In this document: in pieces, positions 10,090-18,642 of the stretch
How the letters are laid out: each line of letters starts with the position of its first letter
Position numbering within the stretch: the first letter of the stretch is position 1
NCBI GenBank assembly: GCA_022683945.1
Contig: JAJHSH010000011.1
Span: 1 to 30,029 of the forward strand
Direction of reading: 5' to 3'
Origin: Candidatus Acetothermia bacterium
Lineage (GTDB): Bacteria; Bipolaricaulota; Bipolaricaulia; RBG-16-55-9; DRXL01
DNA: 30,029 bases
Program-made: the position numbers and the translations under genes
Notes under the pieces: generated by a model
Databases searched by the model: none
What the model was told of the DNA's origin: nothing
What the model saw: only the letters and a program-made list of their open reading frames with translations

Positions 10090-11466
10090 TTATCGCTTGA
10101 ACCGCCGTTGCAAGGCGAGGCCGAAGAGCGCAATCTGAATGACTCCTAAGATCGAAGCGAGCAGTTCGACCGCCTGACCCCATACGCTGTGGAAAGTGAT
10201 ATTGGGCTCGTGGAAGAGCGTCATGGACTGTGCGCTATAGATAAGACTCCTTGCGAAATCTGCAAAGGTTTCTCCGAGTCCTGACGGGTTCCATGTCAAG
10301 AAGCGTTGGACGGAAAGACCCATCTCTTTGTCTGTGTACCCGATGAGCACAAAGAGCACAGCGAACACGATCCACATTCCTATAAGCACAGCCAGAGCCT
10401 GACGATAGTTCTCACCGTAGCCGCTCATGAGACGATAGAGCCAGAAGGGAATCTGCCCGGGCGCGTTGAGCTGGCGGCGCTTCATCTCCATCTCGCCGTA
10501 GTAGAAATCTCCGGCGCGGCCATAGTCGCGTTGGCTCTCGTAGTTCTTCTTGAGATGCCGATAGAGCCGCTCGACGCTGGCCAGATCATCTTTTCTGCTG
10601 GAGACGTTCAGTTCATCGAAGAGAGCTGTCCGGTGTGATAGGAACTTACGAGTCAAAGCCCAAGTTACATCATCGAAATCAATGCGGCGCAGGTCTGTGT
10701 TCAGAAAGCTCCAGCGGCTGAGATCAACGTGATGAAATCGAACTTGCTGCGGTCCTAAGCAATTTACGTCTTGGAAGATAACGCTCCCAGATTTTACATA
10801 AGAGAAATCCACAGATTTCAAGAATGAAGCCCACGCAAAAATAGTATCCCTGGAGAATCCCGCTCTACGAAAGTTGGCATCACCGGAGAAATTGGCTAGT
10901 ACGAAGTCAACTTCTCCGGAGAAGTTAGCTTCCATAAATTGGGCATCTCCGTGGAACTCAGCCGATGTAAAGCAAACACCCCCAGAAAAACGTGCCCTAA
11001 GAAAATTAGCATCTCCACAGAATTTGGTCATTGCAAAGGTAACTTTTTCAAAGAACTGAACTGGCCCAAAGAAAACGCTTTCAGAAAACTCGGCGCCCTT
11101 AAGATTAGCATCCCCATAGAATTTAGCTTGCCAAAAGCTAGTCCTACCAGAGAGCTTGACTCCCACAAGATCAACACTTCCATAGAACGTTGCTCTCAAG
11201 AAAGAGCAATTGTACTCGAATGCTCCTCGCAGGTTCTCACAATCATAATTCTGCGGGAAATAGCAGTGGGAAAAATTGCAGACGTTGCCATGGGCTGGTG
11301 CGTCTCGAATAATCTCATCTATCGCCGACTGAAAGGCGTTCAGGTCTTTTTCGGGCCACGGCGCGTGCAAGATGCAGTATCCTTGCGCTCTGAGATCAGG
11401 AAGCGCCGGACGCTTACACTCTTGATACGCACACTTTGTTGACTTCATGGAGCTGATTATACCCAC
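10090..11466 (-). CDS. pentapeptide-repeat protein with N-terminal Cys-rich (zinc-ribbon-like) segment and C-terminal two-helix membrane domain
   Basis: The ORF is 458 aa. The N-terminus reads KCAYQECKRPALPDLRAQGYCILH. It has more than 10 tandem A(D/N)LxxA(N/D)F-type pentapeptide units (FYGDANLKGAEFSES, FCGDANFLRARFSGG, FHGDAQFMEANFSGE, FSGDANFRRAGFSRD). These are visible as a ~15/30-nt DNA periodicity at 10860-11110. The C-terminus has two hydrophobic helices (ALAVLIGMWIVFAVLFVLIGY and AVELLASILGVIQIALFGLAL). The start is GTG. Confidence 0.85.
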   Translation of the reverse strand: MGIISSMKSTKCAYQECKRPALPDLRAQGYCILHAPWPEKDLNAFQSAIDEIIRDAPAHGNVCNFSHCYFPQNYDCENLRGAFEYNCSFLRATFYGSVDLVGVKLSGRTSFWQAKFYGDANLKGAEFSESVFFGPVQFFEKVTFAMTKFCGDANFLRARFSGGVCFTSAEFHGDAQFMEANFSGEVDFVLANFSGDANFRRAGFSRDTIFAWASFLKSVDFSYVKSGSVIFQDVNCLGPQQVRFHHVDLSRWSFLNTDLRRIDFDDVTWALTRKFLSHRTALFDELNVSSRKDDLASVERLYRHLKKNYESQRDYGRAGDFYYGEMEMKRRQLNAPGQIPFWLYRLMSGYGENYRQALAVLIGMWIVFAVLFVLIGYTDKEMGLSVQRFLTWNPSGLGETFADFARSLIYSAQSMTLFHEPNITFHSVWGQAVELLASILGVIQIALFGLALQRRFKR

Positions 11467-11499
11467 CGACGACGAGGTTTCGAAACCAAACTCAGCCCT

Positions 11500-12930
11500 C
11501 TAAAGTCCTGCCCGTCGCAGCCGATTAATCACTCGCTCTTTCCCCAGCAGCTCCATCGTCTCGAAGAGCCCGGTCCCGACCGTCTTCCCTGTGAGCGCCA
11601 CCCGACATGGCTGCGCTATCTCTTTGAGCGCCTTACCCTGAGATTCTAAGTACGCTCGCGCAGCCTGTTCTAGATTGGACGCCGTGAACGGCTCCACGGC
11701 AACAAAAGCCTCCGCCAGCCCATGCAACAGCGCGATCTTCTCTGGCGTGAGAAACTTCTGCACGGCTTCTGACTCATACGAGAAATTGTCCGTGAGCAGA
11801 TAGCGTGCTGGCTCGGCTAACTCAACGAGTGTCTTGGCGCGCTCCCGAAAGAGCACGACGATTTGGGCAAGTCTTTCAGTCAGCACGGTTTGAGCTTCGG
11901 CTTCGTTCATAATATTGAGTTTCACCAAGAGCGGGCGTACCAGCTCGCCTAAGCGCTTCGGATCGCCCGTCTTGAGATAGTGCTGATTGACCCAGAATAA
12001 TTTCTCTTCGTCGAAGATCGCTGCCGAAGGGTGCACGGCCTCCAGCGAAAAGTTCGCGATCAGTTCTTCTGTGCTGAAAATCTCTTGATCGCCGTGCGAC
12101 CAGCCCAGCCGAGCCAAATAATTTACTAACGCTTCGGGCAGAACCCCCCGGTCGTGAAATTCAGCAACCGCTGTGGCCCCGTGACGCTTGGAGAGCTTGC
12201 TGCGGTCTTTGGCCAGCACCATCGGGACATGCGCGAAGACGGGCACGGGATACCCAAACGCCTGATAGATGAGAATCTGCTTGGGCGTGTTGTTGAGATG
12301 CTCATCGGCGCGGATGACATGGGTGATGCCCATCGTCACGTCGTCCACGACGACGGCGAAGTTATACGTCGGTCGGCCATCGGAGCGCAGAATAATAAAA
12401 TCGTCCAGCTCGGCAAAGTCGAACTCGACCTTCCCCCGGATCGCGTCTTCAACGGTGATCGTGCCCGATTCGGGAATTTTTAAGCGCAGCGCGGGCTGGC
12501 GCTCTCCACTGAGAAATCTTTGCTCTTCTTGGGAGGTCAAACTGCGGCAGCGCCCGTCGTATTTGGGTTTTTGCTTGGTAGAGAGCGCTGCTTTTCTCTT
12601 TTCTTCGAGTTCTTCGGGTGTGCAGTAGCACTTGTACGCTTTGCTCTCTTTAAGCAGCTTCTCTGCCCACTCGCGATAGAGACTCGTTCTCCGGCTTTGA
12701 AAGTATGGCCCTTCATCCCAGAGCAAGCCCAGCCAGCGCAGACTTTCTAGAATCGGCTCGATCAGTTCGGGGCGATTGCGCTCAATATCTGTATCTTCGA
12801 ATCTGAGAATGAAGGCGCCCTGGTGTTTACAGGCGAAGAGCCAATTGAAGAGCGCGGTGCGCGCCCCGCCGACGTGCAGTTCCCCGGTGGGACTTGGGGC
12901 AAAACGAACTCGTGGTTTTAGCTCATTCAT
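11500..12930 (-). CDS. gltX: glutamate--tRNA ligase
   Basis: PSPTGELHVGGARTALFNWLFA carries the HIGH motif and KLSKRHG is the KMSKS motif. The anticodon-binding domain is of typical length. The true start is ATG at 12930 (MNELKPRVRF...). The 52-codon upstream extension in the track overlaps ilvE and is spurious. Confidence 0.92.
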   Translation of the reverse strand: MNELKPRVRFAPSPTGELHVGGARTALFNWLFACKHQGAFILRFEDTDIERNRPELIEPILESLRWLGLLWDEGPYFQSRRTSLYREWAEKLLKESKAYKCYCTPEELEEKRKAALSTKQKPKYDGRCRSLTSQEEQRFLSGERQPALRLKIPESGTITVEDAIRGKVEFDFAELDDFIILRSDGRPTYNFAVVVDDVTMGITHVIRADEHLNNTPKQILIYQAFGYPVPVFAHVPMVLAKDRSKLSKRHGATAVAEFHDRGVLPEALVNYLARLGWSHGDQEIFSTEELIANFSLEAVHPSAAIFDEEKLFWVNQHYLKTGDPKRLGELVRPLLVKLNIMNEAEAQTVLTERLAQIVVLFRERAKTLVELAEPARYLLTDNFSYESEAVQKFLTPEKIALLHGLAEAFVAVEPFTASNLEQAARAYLESQGKALKEIAQPCRVALTGKTVGTGLFETMELLGKERVINRLRRAGL

Positions 12931-13804
12931 AGATCGGTGTGCCTGTCGCGGGGATGCCCGTGATCGTTCGGAATTTTTGTATGAGTTTTTGCGTGATTGG
13001 GCCGAGCTTGCCCATCCCGACGGGGCGATGGTCAATCTCGATAATCGGCGCGATCTCCGCAGCCGTCCCGGTGATGAAACACTCATCGGCGCTATAGAGA
13101 GCCGAGAGCGTGAAGAACTCCTCGTTCACGAGGATCTTCTCGGTGCGAGCTAGCTCTATCACGGTCTCACGGGTGATCCCCGGCAAGCACGCGACCGTCG
13201 GCGGGGTCGAAAGCTGGCCGCGCTTGACGATAAAGACGTTGTCGGCGCTGCCCTCGGCGACAAAGCCGTGAGTATCGAGCATAATAGCTTCGTCCGCCCC
13301 AGCGTAATTGGCTTCTACGCGCGCCATGATATTATTGAGATAATTGAGCGATTTGATGCTGGGCGAGAGGGTGTCGGGCGGTCGGGCGCGGGTGCTGGCT
13401 ACGATGGTCTTGAGTCCACGCTGGCTCACTTCTTCGCCGTAGAGCGATCTCCATTCTTTCGCGATAATAATCACCGAGGGTTTCCCATAGCAGCGACGGG
13501 GGTCTATCCCCAAGTCCCCCGGCCCGCGCGTTACTACCGGACGAATATAGGAGCTGCGCAGCCTGTTCACTCTTAAAGTTTCAAGAATGGCTTGGGCCAT
13601 CTCGCTTTTGCTCAGAGGGATGTCGAGCGCAATTGCTTTGGCGCTGTCGTAGAGTCGGTCAAGATGCCGGTTGAGCTTAAAGAGATAGCCGTCGTAGGCA
13701 CGAATGCCCTCAAAGACGCCGTCGCCGTAGAGCAACCCGTGATCGAAGACACTAATTTTCGCTTCTTCTTCGGGGACGAACTGGCCATTGAGATATACTT
13801 TCAT
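12923..13804 (-). CDS. ilvE: branched-chain amino acid aminotransferase (class IV PLP fold)
   Basis: MKVYLNGQFVPEEEAKISVFDHGLLYGDGVFEGIRAY is a classic IlvE/DAAT N-terminus. The true start is the ATG at 13804. Its stop overlaps the gltX start by 8 nt. Confidence 0.88.
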   Translation of the reverse strand: MKVYLNGQFVPEEEAKISVFDHGLLYGDGVFEGIRAYDGYLFKLNRHLDRLYDSAKAIALDIPLSKSEMAQAILETLRVNRLRSSYIRPVVTRGPGDLGIDPRRCYGKPSVIIIAKEWRSLYGEEVSQRGLKTIVASTRARPPDTLSPSIKSLNYLNNIMARVEANYAGADEAIMLDTHGFVAEGSADNVFIVKRGQLSTPPTVACLPGITRETVIELARTEKILVNEEFFTLSALYSADECFITGTAAEIAPIIEIDHRPVGMGKLGPITQKLIQKFRTITGIPATGTPIYE

Positions 13805-13902
13805 GGCTCGCCTCCTTCTCGATCTCACTCTAAAGCAAGCGCGCGAAAAAATCAACTTGGCGGAGCTAAAAAATTTCAGTATGATGCCAGTGTTGAAGAG
13901 GA

Positions 13903-13970
13903 GGCCCTCACCCCCCAGCCCCTCTCCCGTTCAGACGGGAGAGGGTGGCCCGAAGGGCCGGGTGAGGGCC
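13903..13970. repeat. GC-rich nested-hairpin repeat (REP/MITE-like), copy B, in the ilvE/argF divergent intergenic region
   Basis: The outer stem is GGCCCTCACCC / GGGTGAGGGCC (perfect 11 bp). The inner stem is CCTCTCCCGT-tcag-ACGGGAGAGG (perfect 10 bp). There is an extra GGCCC-gaa-GGGCC hairpin. The reverse complement contains ACGGGAGAGGGGCTGGGG, identical to copy A. Confidence 0.65.
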
Positions 13971-13990
13971 CCTAGGAGGAGGTAAGCGCT

Positions 13991-14899
13991 GTGCGCCACA
14001 AAGACTTGGTCTCTTTCCAAGATTATTCTACCGAAGATTTTTGGGAACTCTTAGAAACGGCGCTCCAGCTCAAGCGCGAGTTGCGGGCCGGAATTGCTCA
14101 TACGATGCTGGCAGGCAGGACGCTTGCGATGATATTTCAAAAGCCCTCACTCAGAACGCGCGTCTCGTTTGAGGTGGGCATGACCCAATTGGGGGGCCAC
14201 GCGATCTATCTCAGCCCTGACGATATTAAACTCGGCCAGCGCGAGACGACCGAAGATATAGCTCAAGTGCTATCGCGCTACTGCAACGGCATTATGGCGC
14301 GGGTCTTCGGCCACGAGATCGTCGAAGAATTAGCTCAATACTCTGAAGTCTCGGTTATCAACGGGCTCTCGGACTTGTTGCACCCTTGTCAGATCTTGGG
14401 GGATCTCTTGACGATCTACGAGAAGAAGAGAAAGCTTGAGGGCTTAAAACTCGCGTGGATCGGCGACGGGAACAACGTCTGTAATTCTTGGCTGGAAGCG
14501 GGGCCGAAGCTGGGAATAGCGATCTCGGTGGCGTGCCCCGCGGGACATGAGCCCAACTCGAAGATCTTAGAACAGGCGCGACGACTGGGGACAGTCGAGA
14601 TCGTTCACGACCCGAAGATAGCCGTTAAAGAGACCGACGTTCTCTACACCGACGTCTGGACGAGCATGGGCCAAGAAAAAGAAGTCCAAGAGCGCCGCAA
14701 GAGATTTAGAGATTTTCAGATCAATCAAGAGCTTTTAAAACTAGCCAAGCCCAACGCTATCGTCATGCACTGTCTGCCGGCGCATTATGACGAAGAGATC
14801 ACTAAAGAAGTGGCGCACGGGCCGCAGAGCGCGATCTTCGATGAAGCCGAGAATAGACTGCATGCACAAAAAGCTGTGCTGGCGCTGCTGATGCGATAA
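13991..14899 (+). CDS. argF: ornithine carbamoyltransferase
   Basis: Motifs are SLRTR (the STRTR carbamoyl-phosphate motif), HPCQ and HCLP. The start is GTG with GGAGGAGG 10 nt upstream. Confidence 0.92.
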   Translation: MRHKDLVSFQDYSTEDFWELLETALQLKRELRAGIAHTMLAGRTLAMIFQKPSLRTRVSFEVGMTQLGGHAIYLSPDDIKLGQRETTEDIAQVLSRYCNGIMARVFGHEIVEELAQYSEVSVINGLSDLLHPCQILGDLLTIYEKKRKLEGLKLAWIGDGNNVCNSWLEAGPKLGIAISVACPAGHEPNSKILEQARRLGTVEIVHDPKIAVKETDVLYTDVWTSMGQEKEVQERRKRFRDFQINQELLKLAKPNAIVMHCLPAHYDEEITKEVAHGPQSAIFDEAENRLHAQKAVLALLMR

Positions 14900-14900
14900 T

Positions 14901-15803
14901 ATGAAGTCGGCGAGCGTTGATATGTCTGAACCGCGCATGAGAAAACTCTTCCAAGTCAGCGAGCGTGTCTGGATCGTCCCGCCCCAGTGGAAGTACGTCG
15001 AGCCGACCATCGGATTTGTCCTCACTGACGAAGGCATCGTCGTCGTCGATTCGGGCAATTCTCCCGACCACGCCCGTCGCGCGCTTACTGCGTTACGACA
15101 CGTCACCGATCTGCCCATCAGATATGTAATCAATACCCATCGTCATTGGGACCATACTTTTGGGAATCAAGTCTTTGGAGCCCCGGTGATCGCTCATGCG
15201 TTCACCCAGCGCAAGATGCTCGCCAACATGCGCGACGACTGGGCCCCTAAGCAGATAATTAATTGGGTTTCAGGATGGGTGCTGAAGATGGTGCCGACAC
15301 TGCGACTGGAGCAATTTGAAGGCTTGCGCTTGGTCTTGCCACAGATCACTTTTACGGGCAAGCTGGAGCTTGGTCTTGGCGGTGTGCATCTGCGCTTGCT
15401 TTATGCTGGCGGCGGCCACACCCAAGACTCGATCATCGTCCACTTGCTCAGCGAAAAAATTCTCTTTCTCAGCGACGCTCTCTATCCCAACCCCGAAGGG
15501 AAGATCACCAAGATCGCCGGGCTTTTGGAGAAGATCTCGCGGCTGGGAGCCGAAAAGTTCGTCCCCGGCCATGAGATGCCCTATGACCGAGAGAAGTTCG
15601 CGCTGCTGAAAGAATATTATCAACAACTGGTGGGGACAGCCACGAAGCTGCGCTCGCGCAAAACGCTACCCCAAGAGATCGTCCGAGCGAAACTTGAGTC
15701 CCGTTTTGCTTCTCTAAACGGGCTTGATGAACAGCGCCATCGGGAGTTGCTGGAACGGGCCTGGCGCGAGTGGACGCCGCGGCGAGCCGATCGCTCAACT
15801 TGA
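14901..15803 (+). CDS. MBL-fold metallo-hydrolase
   Basis: THRHWDH (the HxHxDH motif) and a downstream His/Asp are present. The start may be ATG 14922 rather than 14901, which abuts the argF stop. Confidence 0.8.
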   Translation: MKSASVDMSEPRMRKLFQVSERVWIVPPQWKYVEPTIGFVLTDEGIVVVDSGNSPDHARRALTALRHVTDLPIRYVINTHRHWDHTFGNQVFGAPVIAHAFTQRKMLANMRDDWAPKQIINWVSGWVLKMVPTLRLEQFEGLRLVLPQITFTGKLELGLGGVHLRLLYAGGGHTQDSIIVHLLSEKILFLSDALYPNPEGKITKIAGLLEKISRLGAEKFVPGHEMPYDREKFALLKEYYQQLVGTATKLRSRKTLPQEIVRAKLESRFASLNGLDEQRHRELLERAWREWTPRRADRST

Positions 15804-15814
15804 CAGCCCTCGCT

Positions 15815-15881
15815 CTAAAATATATAATATGCGTGCTAACTATATATAATCAAATAAATATCTATACAGGAGGTTTAGCGT
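15815..15881 (+). promoter_or_regulatory. AT-rich putative promoter/operator upstream of phoA with tandem (A/C)TATATATAAT repeats and an AGGAGG SD
   Basis: An AT-rich stretch is followed by AGGAGG 8 nt before the ATG. It contains the direct repeat AAAATATATAAT ... CTAACTATATATAAT and an ATAAATAT core, which is also found before phoD (17155-17180). No experimental support exists. Confidence 0.35.
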
Positions 15882-17147
15882 ATGGGTCTGCTGCTTCATG
15901 CTCGTCGGTTCGTGGGATTGGTCGGTCTGTTGGTCTTGGGTGCGCTCGCGGTGGTCATCGTCGTCGCCGCGGCGATTGGAAGCGCGCCGTCGGCGCAGCT
16001 GAACGTTCAACAAGCACGGAACGTGATCCTCCTCATCGGTGATGGAATGGGAGACACGCATATCCTCGCCACGCGCTACTGGGACAGAGGCAAGGACGGA
16101 AGGCTTGCGATGGACGAGCTCGACGTGATCGGGGAGGCCGCCACCCATCCGGCAAACGACTTCGTGACGGACTCGGCGGCGGCGGGGACGGCGATCGCGA
16201 CCGGAGTGCGGACGAACAATGGCGTCATCGCGTTCGACCCCACAGGCAAGCCGCTGACGTCGATTCTCGTCGAGGCGCAGCGGGCCGGCAAGAGCACGGG
16301 TCTGATCACAGAGGTGACGATCACTCACGCCACGCCAGCTCCGTTCGCGGCTCGGGCGGCGACCCGCGCTGCGGAGACCGAGATCGCGCCGCAGATGCTG
16401 AACGTCGATCCCGGAATGCTCGTGCGGGACGTCGACGTTCTGATGGGAGGCGGCGAGGCGAACTTCCTTCCCAGGGGCGTCGCGGGCGACCACTGCGCCG
16501 CGGCGGAGAGCGCCCGTACCGACCGCCGCAACTTGATCGCCATCGCTGAGGCGCGCGGCTACCGGCACGTCTCGACCGCGGCCGAGCTGACGGCGGTGCG
16601 CCTCACGCCTACGACTCCGACGAAGCTGCTGGGGCTCTTCGCCTGTCAGGCGATGGCCTGGGACCTCAACCGACCGGAGACCGAGCCGACCAGCGCCCAG
16701 AAACTTGAGAAGGCGCTAGAGATTCTGGGCAGCAACCAGAAAGGGTTCTTCCTCATGCTCGAGCGCGGGAGGATCGACTGGGCGGCCGAGGCGAACGACG
16801 GCTTGAACACGGTCGGCGAGACCCGCGCCTTCGACCATGCCGTTGCCAAGGCGCTGGAGTTCGCACGCCGGGACGGCAGGACGCTCGTCGTCGTTACCGC
16901 CGACCACGAGGCCGGCGGCATGAGCATCGTCTGGCCAGGCGATAAGGACAAGCGCGGCCTGAACCTACAGACGCTTCCGACCGCGGATGGCGGTGCGATC
17001 AACTTGGCCTGGGCGACGCGCCCGGGGCACACGGCGGCGCCGGTGACGGTGCGGGCCTTCGGTCCGGGCGCCGGCTCGTTCGCGGGTATCTACCACCTGA
17101 CGGATCTGTACTCGAAGATGAGAAACGCAGCCGGGCTGGGGAACTAG
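15882..17147 (+). CDS. phoA: alkaline phosphatase (PhoA family) with N-terminal signal/anchor
   Basis: Motifs are LIGDGMGD, DSAAAGTAIATG (active-site Ser) and ADHEAGG. The N-terminus is hydrophobic. The gene is visibly GC-richer than its neighbours, with strong G/C third positions. Confidence 0.88.
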   Translation: MGLLLHARRFVGLVGLLVLGALAVVIVVAAAIGSAPSAQLNVQQARNVILLIGDGMGDTHILATRYWDRGKDGRLAMDELDVIGEAATHPANDFVTDSAAAGTAIATGVRTNNGVIAFDPTGKPLTSILVEAQRAGKSTGLITEVTITHATPAPFAARAATRAAETEIAPQMLNVDPGMLVRDVDVLMGGGEANFLPRGVAGDHCAAAESARTDRRNLIAIAEARGYRHVSTAAELTAVRLTPTTPTKLLGLFACQAMAWDLNRPETEPTSAQKLEKALEILGSNQKGFFLMLERGRIDWAAEANDGLNTVGETRAFDHAVAKALEFARRDGRTLVVVTADHEAGGMSIVWPGDKDKRGLNLQTLPTADGGAINLAWATRPGHTAAPVTVRAFGPGAGSFAGIYHLTDLYSKMRNAAGLGN

Positions 17148-17184
17148 CCAACTTATAAATATAAAATATAGAGGAGGGCTCTCC

Positions 17185-18576
17185 ATGAAATCCTTGAACA
17201 GAGTTGGTGTGGCGTTGCTTGTAGTGATTCTCTTGCTGTTAGGGGTCAGTTCAGGACGGAGCCAGGGGGTAAGACCGGCGCTGGCGTTGGGCGTGGCCTC
17301 CGGCGATGTGACGGCCCACAGTGCCGTGATCTGGTCCCGCGGCGCGGAGATCGCCCATTCGTCGCTGACGGTGGAGTACGCGACCGATGAGCAGTTCGGC
17401 GATGCGCAGCGAGCTGAGCCCGTCTTGTTGAGCGAGAGATCGGACTACGCGGGCAAGATATTTTTGAAGAATTTGAAGCCCGGGACGCGCTATCACTATC
17501 GCGTCCGCCAAGTCTCGGGAACCGAACAGAGCGCGCCCGTGGCGGGCACGTTCGTGACCGCTCCTGAAGCTCATCAGAGCGCCACAGTCGCGCTGGCCTG
17601 GAGCGCCGACTTGGGGGGGCAGGGACAGTGTCGTCGCCCGGAGTATTTTATCTTCAATGCTCTGGCTGACGCACAGCCCGATCTCTTTCTTTTCTTGGGC
17701 GACACGGCGTATAACGATGAGCGCTGCCCCAGCCCGCCCAACCTCCCCGGCAGCGATTTCCTCGCCAATACGTTGGAAGAATACCGGGCCAAGCAAAAAT
17801 ACCAGTTTGCCGATAAACCCTATCAAAAAGCCCGTGCGGCCAGCAGTTTGTATGTCATCTGGGATGATCACGAAGTGATCAACGATTTTTCGGGAACGAC
17901 CGTCGAGCCGCAGCGCTTGGCCATCGGGCGTCAAGTCTTGCTGGAGTACTTCCCCATCGCGCCCAACCCTCAAGACCCGCATCGTCTCTATCGTTCTTTC
18001 CGATGGGGCAAACATGCCGAGGTCTTCATCTTGGATACGCGTCAATATCGCAGCGATAATAAACTTCCCGACGGCCCAGAGAAGACGATGCTGGGCAGAG
18101 AGCAGTTGGCTTGGCTTAAAGAGAATCTTCAAAGATCTGACGCGACCTGGAAGTTTATCGTCTCTACGGTGACGCTCTCGATTCCGACGGCCTGCCCGGC
18201 GCGCTGCGACGGCTGGGCCAACGCCGAAGGCCCGACGGGCTTTGAACGCGAACTTCTGGAGATCACGAAATTTATTTTAGATAACAAGATCAGAAATGTC
18301 GTCTGGCTTTCGGGGGATATGCACTTGGCCGATGCGATCCAGTATGACCCGGACCGAGATAGGGTTGTAGATTTTTACGAATTTGTGGCAGGGCCGCTCA
18401 GCGCGTTGACCTATTTTGTCGCGCCGCTGGACAGCACGCTGAACCCGACGCGTATCTTTGGCACGGCTGATCGTTGGAATTTCGGACAGATCGGGATTTC
18501 TTCCGCGGGCCGCTTGACGCTCGAATATAGAGACGTGACGGGGGAGGTCTTCTTCAGGCGGGAGTTCGGGCCTTAG
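17185..18576 (+). CDS. phoD: PhoD-like alkaline phosphatase/phosphodiesterase (secreted)
   Basis: A signal peptide is followed by an N-terminal fibronectin-like region. The metallophosphatase motifs are LGDTAYND, WDDHEV and SGDMH. The SD is GAGGAGGG. Confidence 0.85.
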   Translation: MKSLNRVGVALLVVILLLLGVSSGRSQGVRPALALGVASGDVTAHSAVIWSRGAEIAHSSLTVEYATDEQFGDAQRAEPVLLSERSDYAGKIFLKNLKPGTRYHYRVRQVSGTEQSAPVAGTFVTAPEAHQSATVALAWSADLGGQGQCRRPEYFIFNALADAQPDLFLFLGDTAYNDERCPSPPNLPGSDFLANTLEEYRAKQKYQFADKPYQKARAASSLYVIWDDHEVINDFSGTTVEPQRLAIGRQVLLEYFPIAPNPQDPHRLYRSFRWGKHAEVFILDTRQYRSDNKLPDGPEKTMLGREQLAWLKENLQRSDATWKFIVSTVTLSIPTACPARCDGWANAEGPTGFERELLEITKFILDNKIRNVVWLSGDMHLADAIQYDPDRDRVVDFYEFVAGPLSALTYFVAPLDSTLNPTRIFGTADRWNFGQIGISSAGRLTLEYRDVTGEVFFRREFGP

Positions 18577-18603
18577 AATCCGGGTGTACTGTATAAAACG
18601 ATT

Positions 18604-18640
18604 TGACGCTGCAAGAGAGTTGCGCTAGTATAACTTATCG
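18604..18640 (+). promoter_or_regulatory. putative sigma70-type promoter (TTGACG-N17-TAGTAT) upstream of the FAD-linked oxidase gene
   Basis: Sequence inspection only. It sits about 10 nt upstream of ATG 18643. Confidence 0.3.
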
Positions 18641-18642
18641 CT

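Noticed and set aside
10860-11110. DNA-level ~15/30-nt periodic repeats (GCATC(A/T)CCGGAGAA.TTGGC ...) that could be mistaken for a CRISPR-like or tandem-repeat locus
   Set aside because: They are in frame inside a long ORF and encode consecutive pentapeptide (A(D/N)LxxANF) units. They are protein-coding repeats with no spacer structure.
12931-13086. 52-codon N-terminal extension of gltX in the track (MSVSSPGRLRR...)
   Set aside because: The canonical GluRS N-terminus begins at ATG 12930. The extension overlaps the ilvE 3' end and is Arg/Ser-rich junk.
13805-13855. 17-codon extension of ilvE (MIFSRACFRVRSRRRRA)
   Set aside because: IlvE family proteins start at MKVYLNG... The upstream part is an Arg-rich read-through of the intergenic region.
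13788-13985. 65-aa plus-strand ORF (…PSPPSPSPVQTGEGGPKGRVRAPRRR)
   Set aside because: It is the translation of the REP-like nested hairpin in the ilvE/argF intergenic region. It has a Pro/Gly/Arg low-complexity composition and no SD or start context.
15840-16568. 242-aa minus-strand ORF (plus 16076-16324, 16325-16543 and 16646-17032 small ORFs) opposite phoA
   Set aside because: These are antisense to the well-supported phoA CDS. Their high-GC third positions keep wrong frames open. The translations are Arg-rich with no motifs.
17251-18132. 293-aa minus-strand ORF opposite phoD
   Set aside because: It overlaps the PhoD-like CDS, which has clear metallophosphatase motifs. The antisense frame is a GC artifact.
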